A stretch of 64,000 nt of DNA, taken from assembly GCF_965237845.1 (NCBI RefSeq), contig NZ_OZ250154.1, positions 259,121-323,120 of the forward strand, written 5' to 3'. Within the stretch, counting starts at the first letter, position 1, and every line of letters starts with the position of its first letter. Of the stretch, positions 19,362 to 28,803 are shown piece after piece. The notes below the pieces were generated by a model. That model saw nothing but the letters and a program-made list of their open reading frames with translations, did not search any database and was not told where the DNA came from. A program made the translations under genes and the position numbers. Source of the DNA: Candidatus Spongiihabitans sp. GTDB lineage: Bacteria > Pseudomonadota > Gammaproteobacteria > Arenicellales > Poriferihabitantaceae.

Positions 19362-20746
19362 AAAAGCCCCTTGATATACAAATCAGAAAACGGTTTTGTC
19401 AGTTCCTGCTTTATCCTTGCCAATTTAATGTCAAAATCGCTCTCACCATCTATAACTCCTTGATGTGAAAAATGATTTAATGCCACCAATTCCTCATATT
19501 CTGGATTTTTCTTTACTGCCACTTCAAGGAATTTAAGAATATCGGCACTGTGGGTGGCGATGACAACGTTAACGCCGCCTTTCGCCAATTCAAACAGGGT
19601 TTCAGCCATAACGACCTGCCACCCCGGGTGCAGATGCGCTTCCGGTTCGTCAATGAAAATAAAGGAATCCTCGTCCAGCACCTTGCGCTCAATCAACAGC
19701 GCCAAAACACCGAGGTTGGCAACTCCCATGGCGGTTACGGGCAAAGAGAAACTACGGCCATTTTCCTGGAATGATAAATCGCCGCTTTCGGAAAGTGCGA
19801 TTTTTCCGCCGAGAATATTCTCGCCAGTCAATTTTTCATATACATCCGGGAAAGCCATATCACCGGTGTATTGATACTTGAGCGCGCTTGCCAGATCATA
19901 AAAATATCCCGGAATCCCACTGATTCGTTCTCTGCTGCTATGCAGGTGCCTCGGAGATAGGCGAATGTCCTCCAAAGCGTTTTTTAATTTCCAGTAAACA
20001 GGGGATTCCAGATAAATCACTTTGGAATATTGTTGTAATTCCTGCAATCCAAACCGAGGTATGCTGAACTCAATTTCTCCATTTGAGAATTCAAATTTTC
20101 CAAGATAATCACTCACAACTTCCGATGACCGGTCTTCTTTGCCTCTCAGATCGGAAAGCTTTGGCACTTGAAAATTTTGAATCAGATTCTCTTTAATTTT
20201 ATATGCTATCCCGGAAACAATAAATTCTTTCGCATTTTTGTCGCTGAGTTCTTCTTGCAACTTGGTCAAAGATTGTTCCTCACCCTTCAAAGTATCTTTC
20301 ATTAAGGAACGGGAACCGTCCAGATCCGGCGATGCCATAGATTCCAGTTCTAAAATCAGTTTAGAGAGAGTTGCCTGTATCTCTTTCGCCTTGTTAGCAA
20401 GATCAGGCATGATTTTGTCCAACTGTTTAAAGTCTCCGATTGGGGAATCTATGATCATATCTTGCAACACTCTAATTCTCTCGTATAGCGGAAATAGCGA
20501 CACTCTTTCCCCCTCTGAATCCTCCAAATCTTTTAGATTACCAATACTATGTAAAAGATGTGCGGTGAGATTATTTATATGCTCCTTAGCATGATTCGCA
20601 TTCATCGAGTTAAAAAGCGAATACAAAACCTTAGAAACAAAACTTTTGCCGGTGTTATTCGGTCCGGCGAACACAGTGAATTGCCCGATGCGAATTTTCG
20701 CATCGGCAAGTTTGCCGATATTCTTGATTTTCAGTTCAAAAGCCAT
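19358..20746 (-). CDS. ABC/SMC-like AAA15/AAA21-family ATPase
   Basis: 462 aa. Motifs: Walker A GPNNTGKS, Walker B/D-loop FIFIDEPEAHLHP, H-loop IATHS. A coiled-coil-like insertion rich in E/K/L lies between the two halves. An AGGGGA SD lies 6 nt upstream of the ATG. Confidence 0.8.
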   Translation of the reverse strand: MAFELKIKNIGKLADAKIRIGQFTVFAGPNNTGKSFVSKVLYSLFNSMNANHAKEHINNLTAHLLHSIGNLKDLEDSEGERVSLFPLYERIRVLQDMIIDSPIGDFKQLDKIMPDLANKAKEIQATLSKLILELESMASPDLDGSRSLMKDTLKGEEQSLTKLQEELSDKNAKEFIVSGIAYKIKENLIQNFQVPKLSDLRGKEDRSSEVVSDYLGKFEFSNGEIEFSIPRFGLQELQQYSKVIYLESPVYWKLKNALEDIRLSPRHLHSSRERISGIPGYFYDLASALKYQYTGDMAFPDVYEKLTGENILGGKIALSESGDLSFQENGRSFSLPVTAMGVANLGVLALLIERKVLDEDSFIFIDEPEAHLHPGWQVVMAETLFELAKGGVNVVIATHSADILKFLEVAVKKNPEYEELVALNHFSHQGVIDGESDFDIKLARIKQELTKPFSDLYIKGLL

Positions 20747-20782
20747 GATGCATCCCCTAAGTGCAAAAGCATTGTTATTCTA

Positions 20783-23401
20783 TCACTCCCCCCACCACAA
20801 GTAGGGCTTGATTAGGGATATGAAATGCCGCTTTTCCTGCTCCGTCATTTTTGTCGTATCTATTTTTTCAATGCTCCCGTCCTCAAAGGTTACCGTGTCC
20901 GCGGTGCGATGGCGGATTTGTTTGCCGAGGATGTTGGAGAGTGATTCGGCGATGTCTATGTCGGGGTAGAGGTTGTGCAGGTTGATTTTTAGTTTGCCGT
21001 TTTTCAGGGGTTTGACGGCGTGGGCGAGTTTGTCATCGCCGAAGAAGACATATTGTTCAAACGGCGATTTCGCGCTGTCCAGTTCCAACTGTTCGCCGTC
21101 CTCGTAGCGGGCGTTTTTCAGGGATTCTTCGTATTGTTCCAGCGTGTAGTATTTGAGGCAGTGGCTGCTGCCCTCGCGGGAAACGGGCTTGCCGTCTTTC
21201 CAGTCTTTGGAATAGACAACTTTTTTTATCCGTGGAAGCAGAACCGTATGGAAGTACTCTCCCATTTCAATAAGCAGATATTTTCGCTCTCCGCCATCTT
21301 CACGGTTTAGATTTATTACTGCATGAGCAGTGGTACCGGAGCCGGCGAAGTAGTCGAGAATATTCCCCGAACCAGACTCCGCCCCAGAGCCTATCAGTCC
21401 GGTATAGAAAAAAACCGAGTGGCAGTACGGGAAATTCTTCAGTCCCAATTTATCAAGGTCTGACTTGCCTCGTCTAGCATCTGGCATAACAGAACTTATC
21501 TGATACTTTGAACCATCCTCTAAAATCCGCTTTTGCCTTGGTTGAGTGGTTTCATCTGAGCCGAAAAGAATCTCTCCTTTATCAATCATTTTTTGAAGGG
21601 TTTCAGGGGTGCGAGAAAAACCATTTGGCGGAACAGCGCATGGTTTGCCAGTAACAGGATGTATCAGCGGGATAAAGAATTTTTTGTCTGTTCGTGGTTC
21701 TGGCGCCCTGAGACTAACGTCACGATAAACTAATCCCTCGTCATCTAAGAAACGGCAAGCTTGCTCACCCCCACTTAATTTGGAATTTCTAGAAACCCAT
21801 TCGGCATATTGTTTTTTTGCTGTGTCAGTAACGCCATCGTTTCGCTTAATAATTGCTTCTGCTTTTGCCAGCATGATTTTGATATTTTTACTTTGAGCAT
21901 TGAAGGTTTGATCTGTCTTCATTCTGAAGATTACATACTCGTGTTGCTTTGCTATACCGCTGCCTCCAGTCATAGGATTCCTCTTATCCCAAATCACAGT
22001 CCCGGCATTCAGCAAGCCGCTATTATCCATAAGCAAATGCAGTCTCTCGTATTCATTTTCATCAATATGGCACAAAAATGATCCGTCATCCGAGAGCCAC
22101 CCCAAAGAACAGTGAACACGATTGTCCATCATCGTCAGCCAACTGGAATGTTTGTAATCATTACGATAAAGAAAGCCGCTGGTTTTCGTATTGTATGGTG
22201 GGTCAATGTGAATACACTTCACCTTCTCCCTATAACGCTTTTGCAAACTATTCAACGCCTGCCAATTCTCGCTATGCACCAACTCCCCGTCCAGCACTTC
22301 ATCCAAGTTACCCAAGCAACCAAGAATATCCAATTCCAAATCCTTGAAATGCGCGGTATCAAGCGGCAGAAATTGACACTCGCCGCTTGCGCCGTTTTTG
22401 TCGGCCAGACTTTTCTGTCCGTTGAAAATCGCGGTCATTGAAAACTGATTATCCACCATCCCCAACTCGCGCCATTCTTTTATCTGCGCTTTTGCCCCTT
22501 GATGTTTTATTATCTTGTTCAGAACCCCGTCCGCCAGTTTGTCCAACGTGACGACATAATTGACATTACGCACAAACTTCGGCTTCTCCCATACCCGACA
22601 AAGTTCATCTTCAAACTGCGCGATGAAGTCAATGATGTTATAGGCGGTGTCCTTGATCGCCTGAATCTGCCGAATTCTTTTTTCCTCGAAGACGGTTTCT
22701 TCCTGAAAAATGTATTGATACACCCACAAGTCAAACTGCTCGTGCAAAAAGCCTCTTGCGTCTTTGTTGATGAAAAAGTTGGCTTCGGTCTGCCGCTGGA
22801 ATACACCGATGGCTTTTTGCAATTCATCCTTGGACAGCGGGATTCTTTCTTTTCGGCATTGTTTGAGAATTTCATCGGCCCTGGTTTTAGCGCCGTTTTT
22901 GGAATACGAAACCTTGAAGTGAATAACCCATCCTTTCGGCGATCTTTTCACTTCGTCAAAGGCAAAAACGAATTCTTTCCGCTCGTTATTTTTCTTGTGC
23001 TCAACCTCGGAAGCGTCAAAATACAAAAGCCGAGTGTTTTGCGGCATTCCCTCTTCGTTCAACTCAACCGGCATGGAGCGCACCAGCACGTCGGATTTAA
23101 CGTAGTAAAGCATCTGCGTTTTCCACGACAGGGCGACATCCTGCCCATCGGCATACACGCGCTCGTAGGTTTTTGAGAAAGCTGGCAGGTGGCGGAAGTA
23201 GATCGAGCCGCTTTCGCAGAAGTAGCGGTTGAAGAAGGTATAGAGTTTGTCGAAAAGTTCTTCGCGGAATGAAGTCTGCCGTTCGGCGCGACGATCAATC
23301 TCCGCCATCAGTTGCGGGCGGATGGAACGAAAATAGGCGCGCTTCATCCGCATCAAATTAACAAAGCCGGAGTCGCCGTCCACTTCGGCGCCGGTGAACA
23401 T
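20783..23401 (-). CDS. mod: Type III-like Mod DNA methyltransferase (beta-class N6-adenine/N4-cytosine)
   Basis: 872 aa. Motif [11 protein letters not shown] lies ~290 residues upstream of motif [15 protein letters not shown], which is the beta-class order. The N-terminal extension is ~390 aa. There is no SD before ATG 23401, and the frame stays open 33 codons further upstream (stop at 23501-23503), so the start is uncertain. Confidence 0.8.
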   Translation of the reverse strand: MFTGAEVDGDSGFVNLMRMKRAYFRSIRPQLMAEIDRRAERQTSFREELFDKLYTFFNRYFCESGSIYFRHLPAFSKTYERVYADGQDVALSWKTQMLYYVKSDVLVRSMPVELNEEGMPQNTRLLYFDASEVEHKKNNERKEFVFAFDEVKRSPKGWVIHFKVSYSKNGAKTRADEILKQCRKERIPLSKDELQKAIGVFQRQTEANFFINKDARGFLHEQFDLWVYQYIFQEETVFEEKRIRQIQAIKDTAYNIIDFIAQFEDELCRVWEKPKFVRNVNYVVTLDKLADGVLNKIIKHQGAKAQIKEWRELGMVDNQFSMTAIFNGQKSLADKNGASGECQFLPLDTAHFKDLELDILGCLGNLDEVLDGELVHSENWQALNSLQKRYREKVKCIHIDPPYNTKTSGFLYRNDYKHSSWLTMMDNRVHCSLGWLSDDGSFLCHIDENEYERLHLLMDNSGLLNAGTVIWDKRNPMTGGSGIAKQHEYVIFRMKTDQTFNAQSKNIKIMLAKAEAIIKRNDGVTDTAKKQYAEWVSRNSKLSGGEQACRFLDDEGLVYRDVSLRAPEPRTDKKFFIPLIHPVTGKPCAVPPNGFSRTPETLQKMIDKGEILFGSDETTQPRQKRILEDGSKYQISSVMPDARRGKSDLDKLGLKNFPYCHSVFFYTGLIGSGAESGSGNILDYFAGSGTTAHAVINLNREDGGERKYLLIEMGEYFHTVLLPRIKKVVYSKDWKDGKPVSREGSSHCLKYYTLEQYEESLKNARYEDGEQLELDSAKSPFEQYVFFGDDKLAHAVKPLKNGKLKINLHNLYPDIDIAESLSNILGKQIRHRTADTVTFEDGSIEKIDTTKMTEQEKRHFISLIKPYLWWGE

Positions 23402-23619
23402 GGATTCGAGCGCGTCCAGGAAGCGTTTTTCTTTGGTGTTGATATTCCGTCCTCGTATTGTTTGATTACGTCGATTGAGCGTGTCTGTTATCGAAAAAAT
23501 TCAGGGATATTGTACCTTGCATTCAACTTTGAAGCGCAACTCATCCACAAGGTCGGGCAGGCAAAGCAAGGGCAGAAGTCAATTTAAGGTTGCGGCATAA
23601 GCCACGGGTGTCTCACTGG

Positions 23620-23642
23620 ATTATCGGGTTGAGCCCGATAAT
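23620..23642. other. Perfect 9-bp inverted repeat (attatcggg / cccgataat) with a 5-nt loop
   Basis: Read directly in the 416-nt non-coding stretch at the right edge of island 1. Function unknown. Confidence 0.6.
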
Positions 23643-23859
23643 GATGGGCGCAGAGCGGAGCCGAGTCAATGCGCATTTTTGTTCAATAGCCGGCATGCGG
23701 TTTTGGCAATACGCTTTGATTACGATTTCCAAACAGGATAAACTGCAACCCAGCCTTATTTACCTGCATAAAATTAACGATTGAAATGAGTAGTTCGATT
23801 TACAAAATCAGTTCGTCTTGGTGCCATTTCCGAGTTGGCTTTTCGGGAAATTCGTGTTA

Positions 23860-24747
23860 ATGAATATCGGTTTTATTGGCCTTGGTGTGATGGGCAATCC
23901 TATAGGGTCAAATTTGGTGCGGGATGGCGGTTATAACGTGTCCGTGTTTGATATACATACAGAGCGCGCGGATAACTTGGTTGAAATGGGTGCGCTGCGC
24001 GCCAAATCTGTTGCACAGGCAGTTGAGGGTGCGAATGTCATTATGACGTCATTGCCCGGCCCTGATCAGATCGAGGCCGTGGCATTCGATGACGATGGAT
24101 TGTTCGCCAATATCCAGGCCGGGGCGGTGTGGATCGATTTAAGCACCAGCAATCTTGAATTGTGCAAGCGTATCGCGGCCTGCGCCACCGAACAAAAAGT
24201 GGACTATCTGGATGCGCCGGTCTCAGGCGGCGATGAGGGCGCGCGGGCAGGCAATTTGACCATTCTGGTTGGCGGTGAAAAAGCGGTGTTTGAACGCTAC
24301 TTGCCAGTGCTGCAAGTAATCGGAGAGAGGATTACTTATTTGGGCCCATCGGCAGCCGGGTGTTGTGCAAAAATTGCTCAGGTAGTGCTGTGTTATTTGC
24401 ATTCTCTGGCGCTGTCCGAAGCATTGATGCTGGGAATAAAGGGCGGTGTCGAAGCGTCAGAAATGTTATCGATCATTCAAAATAGCACGGGCCGAAGTTA
24501 TGTTGCGCAGCGCTATGGCCCACCGATTCTGCGCGGCGACTATGACCCCTCATTTACCCTCGGTTTGGCGCACAAAGATATGAAACTGGCTCAGGCAATG
24601 GCCGATGACCTCGGTCTCAGGTTGCCGATGTGCGATTTAACCACCGAGATCTACGCTCGCGCCCTTGAACAATATGGATTTGATGCCAATCATCTAAAAG
24701 CGGTGCGTTTACTTGAAAATGACAACAAAACGTTTCTACGGGAATAG
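23860..24747 (+). CDS. NAD(P)-dependent 3-hydroxyisobutyrate/6-phosphogluconate dehydrogenase-family oxidoreductase
   Basis: It starts at MNIGFIGLGVMGNPIG (Rossmann GxGxxG). The ORF-track start at 23818 adds 14 unlikely residues. Confidence 0.8.
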   Translation: MNIGFIGLGVMGNPIGSNLVRDGGYNVSVFDIHTERADNLVEMGALRAKSVAQAVEGANVIMTSLPGPDQIEAVAFDDDGLFANIQAGAVWIDLSTSNLELCKRIAACATEQKVDYLDAPVSGGDEGARAGNLTILVGGEKAVFERYLPVLQVIGERITYLGPSAAGCCAKIAQVVLCYLHSLALSEALMLGIKGGVEASEMLSIIQNSTGRSYVAQRYGPPILRGDYDPSFTLGLAHKDMKLAQAMADDLGLRLPMCDLTTEIYARALEQYGFDANHLKAVRLLENDNKTFLRE

Positions 24748-24799
24748 ATCATCTATTAAATTGCAAATCCACATCAAATAAACCATCGGCGAGGTAAGT

Positions 24800-25573
24800 A
24801 TGAATAAACAAGTTAACCCGGAAGATTTTAACAGTGCCAAGGGTGCGATAGCGGCTAATGCACAAGAGCGGCAAGTGCGTATAGACCTGGCGGCGATGTT
24901 CCGGCTGACCCATTTGATGGGTTGGGACGACACTATTTGGAATCACATTACCGCACGGGTGCCCGGTACTGATCACGCCTTTTTGATGCATCGGTTCGGG
25001 CTGCTATACGAAGAAATCACCGCATCGAATCTGATTAAAGTGGATGAAAACGGCAACGTGCTGGAAGGTTCCACGGAGGTTAATACCGCCGGGTTTGTGA
25101 TTCACAGCGCAATTCATTTACACCATCCAAATAACAAATATGTATTTCATGCTCATCCGCCGACGGCGCTGGCAGCGACAGCATTCAAGGGGGGTATCCC
25201 GTATTGGGTGCAGGATTCATCCATGCTTTACGGCAAGGTCGGTTATCACGACTGGGAAGGGTTGTCGGTTGATCTCGATGAGCGTTTTCGCATTGCCGAA
25301 AACCTTGGTGATAACAAGGTGCTGGTGATGCGCAACCACGGATTTCTCAGCGTCGGTGAAACCGCTGGTGAAGCGTTTATGAACATGTATTACACCATTC
25401 GCATGTGCCAGGTGGCGGTGCAGGCACAGAGCGCCGGGCTGGAGTTGGAACCTGCGACTGCTGAGGTGTGGGCTATGTCATCCAGGCAGTATGAAGCCTT
25501 TCCTCCGGGCAAATACGAGTGGCCAGCGTTGAAACGGCGATGCGATCGTGCCGATCCCTCGTATAAAAATTAG
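24800..25573 (+). CDS. Class II aldolase/adducin-family protein
   Basis: 257 aa with metal-binding His motifs (HSAIH, VFHAHPP) typical of the family. Confidence 0.75.
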   Translation: MNKQVNPEDFNSAKGAIAANAQERQVRIDLAAMFRLTHLMGWDDTIWNHITARVPGTDHAFLMHRFGLLYEEITASNLIKVDENGNVLEGSTEVNTAGFVIHSAIHLHHPNNKYVFHAHPPTALAATAFKGGIPYWVQDSSMLYGKVGYHDWEGLSVDLDERFRIAENLGDNKVLVMRNHGFLSVGETAGEAFMNMYYTIRMCQVAVQAQSAGLELEPATAEVWAMSSRQYEAFPPGKYEWPALKRRCDRADPSYKN

Positions 25574-25650
25574 CCATAATGATTTGACCGGCCGATCTAA
25601 ACCAGCGTGGATTATGTTGACATGGGCCGCCGTTTAACACAGCGCCATAA

Positions 25651-26751
25651 TTGAGAGGGCCGGTCACGAAAATCACCAAATTTAAAACCACTCTGGTCAA
25701 GGTGCCACTGACAAAACCCATTGCCACGGCGAGGCACAATGTGAACAGCGTGGGTTGCGTGTTACTGGAACTCGAAACCGACCAAGGCTTATCTGGCGAG
25801 AGTTATGTATTTACCCTGAACGGTGTGCGCTTGAAAGCGTTGCACGAAATGATATTGGGTTTTTCTCATCAGGCAATCGATCGCGACCCTCATTTTGTCG
25901 CCGAAATTTGGCAAAATATCTACAACGAAATGAACGCCATCGGGCACCAGGGATTTTCCATAGCCGCGCTTTCTGCTATCGATACCGCCTGTTGGGATGT
26001 GATCGGTAAAGCCGCAGGCCAGCCACTGCACAAAGTGTTTGGCGCCTGTCGTGATAAAGTAAAAACTTATGCCAGTGGCGGGTTGTGGTTATCTCAATCT
26101 ATCGAACAATGCCGCCTGGAAGCCCAGCAGTTTATCGACGCTGGATTTCGCTCAATGAAAATTCGTCTTGGCAGCAAAAGAATGGAAGACGATATAACGC
26201 GGGTGCGTGCTATCCGTGAGGTCGCAGGGCCGGATATCGAATTGCTGGTTGATGCCAACCAGGCGTTCACCCCAAAACAGGCAATCAGGCTCGGTCGCCG
26301 ACTCGAGGAATTTGATCTTGGCTGGTTTGAGGAGCCGGCGCCTTATCAAAATCTGAGAGGACATGCACAAGTGCGGCGAGCGCTGGATATTCCCATTGCC
26401 AGCGGGGAGACCGAGTACACGCGTTATGGTATGCGTCGTATTCTTGAGGCCGATGCGGTGGATGTTTTGATGCCCGACTTGCAGCGCATCGGCGGCTTGA
26501 GCGAATTTCGTCGCGCTGTGGCATTGGCGGCCTGCCACGATGTGCCTGTTTCAACGCACATGTTCACCGAGCAGAGTATCAGTATTGCGGCATCCGAGCC
26601 GAACTGTGTTTCTGTCGAACATATGCCGTGGTTTTGTCCGCTATTCAACGAGCCGATGGAAATAACAGAAGGATATCTATGTGTGCCGGAGCGCCCTGGC
26701 ATTGGATTTACGTTTGATCAATCCGCCATTACCCATTTCAAACTTTCCTGA
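25651..26751 (+). CDS. Enolase-superfamily enzyme (mandelate racemase/muconate lactonizing family)
   Basis: 366 aa. Motifs: FRSMKIRLG, LLVDANQAF, WFEEP and PDLQRIGG (metal and acid-base residues). It has a TTG start. Confidence 0.8.
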   Translation: MRGPVTKITKFKTTLVKVPLTKPIATARHNVNSVGCVLLELETDQGLSGESYVFTLNGVRLKALHEMILGFSHQAIDRDPHFVAEIWQNIYNEMNAIGHQGFSIAALSAIDTACWDVIGKAAGQPLHKVFGACRDKVKTYASGGLWLSQSIEQCRLEAQQFIDAGFRSMKIRLGSKRMEDDITRVRAIREVAGPDIELLVDANQAFTPKQAIRLGRRLEEFDLGWFEEPAPYQNLRGHAQVRRALDIPIASGETEYTRYGMRRILEADAVDVLMPDLQRIGGLSEFRRAVALAACHDVPVSTHMFTEQSISIAASEPNCVSVEHMPWFCPLFNEPMEITEGYLCVPERPGIGFTFDQSAITHFKLS

Positions 26752-26769
26752 TCACCATCCGAATACGGG

Positions 26770-27792
26770 CTAGGCAAAATTCTTCGCCATCAGCGATACC
26801 TGGTCTTTCAACATCGCAATCTCTGGCTCAGTGATTCGATGGGCCGATTTAGCGTGCATTGCCAGTAACCGTGGTTGATTCGCCGCCCACGACTTACCCA
26901 GTTCATCAGCTACCCTGGCCGCGCTCTTGGGGTCGTTGCATATCAACGCCATATCGCACCCGGCCTGTAGTGCGCGCTTTGTTCGTTCCACAGCATTTCC
27001 AGCGACATGGGCGCCCGTCATCGACAGATCATCACTGAATATAAGTCCGCTAAAACCAATTTCCTGGCGAAGTATTTTATTGAGCCAGAATGCCGAGAAG
27101 GTCGGCGGATCGATATCTACCTGCGGAAATTGGATATGCGCGGTCATGACGCCGCGCAAGGTTTTTGCCAGTTTTTTGTAGGGCGCTAAATCGCACTCAG
27201 CGATTTGACCCAATGATCGATCATCAACCGGTAATGTAAAATGAGAATCCGCGGTAACGCCGCCATGGCCTGGAAAATGTTTTCCGGTGGCCGCCATGCC
27301 AGCATCGCTCATGCCGTCGATGAAAGCGCCGGCCAAGGCAGCGATAATCTCAGGCTGTTCATGGAAGCCACGATCACCAATCACCTTGCTGTTCAAATTC
27401 GCGCAATCCAGCACCGGCGCAAAACTGAAATCCACCCCAACTTGCACCAACTCCGTTGCCATCAAGCAGCCGGCGGCGTGGCAAAGATGGCGGGCTGATT
27501 TCGGGTCTTGCTGATAGGCCTGGCCGAATCGATAAGCCGCCGGCAGGGCAAAAAATTCATGCTTGAATCTTTGCACCCGACCGCCTTCCTGGTCGACGGC
27601 GATCAGCAGCGACGGGCTTCGAATAGATTTTATTTCATCGATGAGATGCGTGACCTGCTCACGGGATTCATAGTTGCGCGCGAATAAAATCACCCCGCCG
27701 ATTGCCGGTTGGGATAAAAACGCGGTTTCATCGGCGCTAAGTTGCGCGCCGCTGACATCCACCATCAGCGGGCCCAAAGGCAGATTAGACAT
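26770..27792 (-). CDS. nagZ: Beta-N-acetylhexosaminidase
   Basis: GH3 motifs KHFPGHGGV and FSDDLSM. The start is set at MSNLPLGPLMVDV (27792) because the 77-codon upstream extension of the ORF would overlap the next gene. Confidence 0.85.
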   Translation of the reverse strand: MSNLPLGPLMVDVSGAQLSADETAFLSQPAIGGVILFARNYESREQVTHLIDEIKSIRSPSLLIAVDQEGGRVQRFKHEFFALPAAYRFGQAYQQDPKSARHLCHAAGCLMATELVQVGVDFSFAPVLDCANLNSKVIGDRGFHEQPEIIAALAGAFIDGMSDAGMAATGKHFPGHGGVTADSHFTLPVDDRSLGQIAECDLAPYKKLAKTLRGVMTAHIQFPQVDIDPPTFSAFWLNKILRQEIGFSGLIFSDDLSMTGAHVAGNAVERTKRALQAGCDMALICNDPKSAARVADELGKSWAANQPRLLAMHAKSAHRITEPEIAMLKDQVSLMAKNFA

Positions 27793-27800
27793 GAGGCAGA

Positions 27801-28301
27801 TTAGGCATGGATGGTTACGTTTGTGCCCACTGATACGGTATCGTATAGCGCCAGCAAATCCTGATTTCTCATTCTGATACACCCGGCTGAGCCGGGCTTT
27901 CCTAACGCTACGTCGTCCGGCGTGCCGTGAATATAAATATATCGACGCATGGTATCGACGTTCCCAAGCCGGTTGAATCCCGGCTGGCAACCGCTTAACC
28001 ATAGAATCCGGGTCAATATCCAATCCCGATTGGGGTGCAGTTCGCGCATACCCGGTTGGTAAATTTCACCGGATGGTCTTCGGCCAATGAATATGGTATT
28101 GATCGGTTGGTCGCCGCCAATTTTTGCGCGGATGACATGTTCTCCCTGAGGGGTGCAGCCACTGCCATCGACCTCTCCAGGCCCATTGATTGCGGTGGAA
28201 ACCGGATAGTTTGTTTTGCGACCGCCGCCTATGCCATCGCCGTTGAGGAGGTGAAGCGTTTGGTTGGCGATATCGATTCGCAGGCGGATACCCGGATGCA
28301 T
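27801..28301 (-). CDS. L,D-transpeptidase (YkuD) family protein
   Basis: 166 aa with the catalytic motif IHGTPDDVALGKPGSAGCIRM. Confidence 0.8.
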   Translation of the reverse strand: MHPGIRLRIDIANQTLHLLNGDGIGGGRKTNYPVSTAINGPGEVDGSGCTPQGEHVIRAKIGGDQPINTIFIGRRPSGEIYQPGMRELHPNRDWILTRILWLSGCQPGFNRLGNVDTMRRYIYIHGTPDDVALGKPGSAGCIRMRNQDLLALYDTVSVGTNVTIHA

Positions 28302-28801
28302 TATCGTGACCTCGGGCGCTTTGCAAGCCGCCGGGCAAGTAATTGGTCGAGCAACTTGTGGCAGGCATCTTCAATCAAATCCAGGGTCAGATCAAATCCA
28401 TTTTCTCCGCCGTAATAGGGGTCGGGCACTTCAAGGTTATCTGGAGAGTCTGCGTATTCCAACAGTAGCCGAACCTTTGGTTGATGTGACTCATCCGCTA
28501 ATTCCAATAGTCGCAATCGGTTGTCATTATCCATCGCAATCAGGCTATCGTAATACCGCGTATCGGCAACGCAAACCTGCCGCGCCCTAAGGGCCGAAAG
28601 GTCGATATCCCGCTCACTGGCAGCCTGCTGTGCACGTTTGTCCGCTGGACAACCGATGTGCCAGCCGCCGGTCCCGGCGGAATCAATTTCAAACTGATTT
28701 TCTGCCCCACGCTGTTTGACCAGCTTTCTGAAAACCCCTTCCGCTGTGGGTGATCGGCATATATTTCCCATACATACAAACAATATTCGATGCGTGTCCA
28801 T
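28301..28801 (-). CDS. Low-molecular-weight protein tyrosine phosphatase
   Basis: It has the P-loop CMGNICRSP (Cx5R-S) and the DPYYG loop. Confidence 0.85.
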   Translation of the reverse strand: MDTHRILFVCMGNICRSPTAEGVFRKLVKQRGAENQFEIDSAGTGGWHIGCPADKRAQQAASERDIDLSALRARQVCVADTRYYDSLIAMDNDNRLRLLELADESHQPKVRLLLEYADSPDNLEVPDPYYGGENGFDLTLDLIEDACHKLLDQLLARRLAKRPRSR

Positions 28802-28803
28802 GC

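Noticed and set aside
27793-28023. 77-codon N-terminal extension of the nagZ ORF
   Set aside because: The extension overlaps the L,D-transpeptidase gene, is Arg-rich and unlike NagZ N-termini. MSNLPLGPLMVDV at 27792 matches the normal NagZ start.
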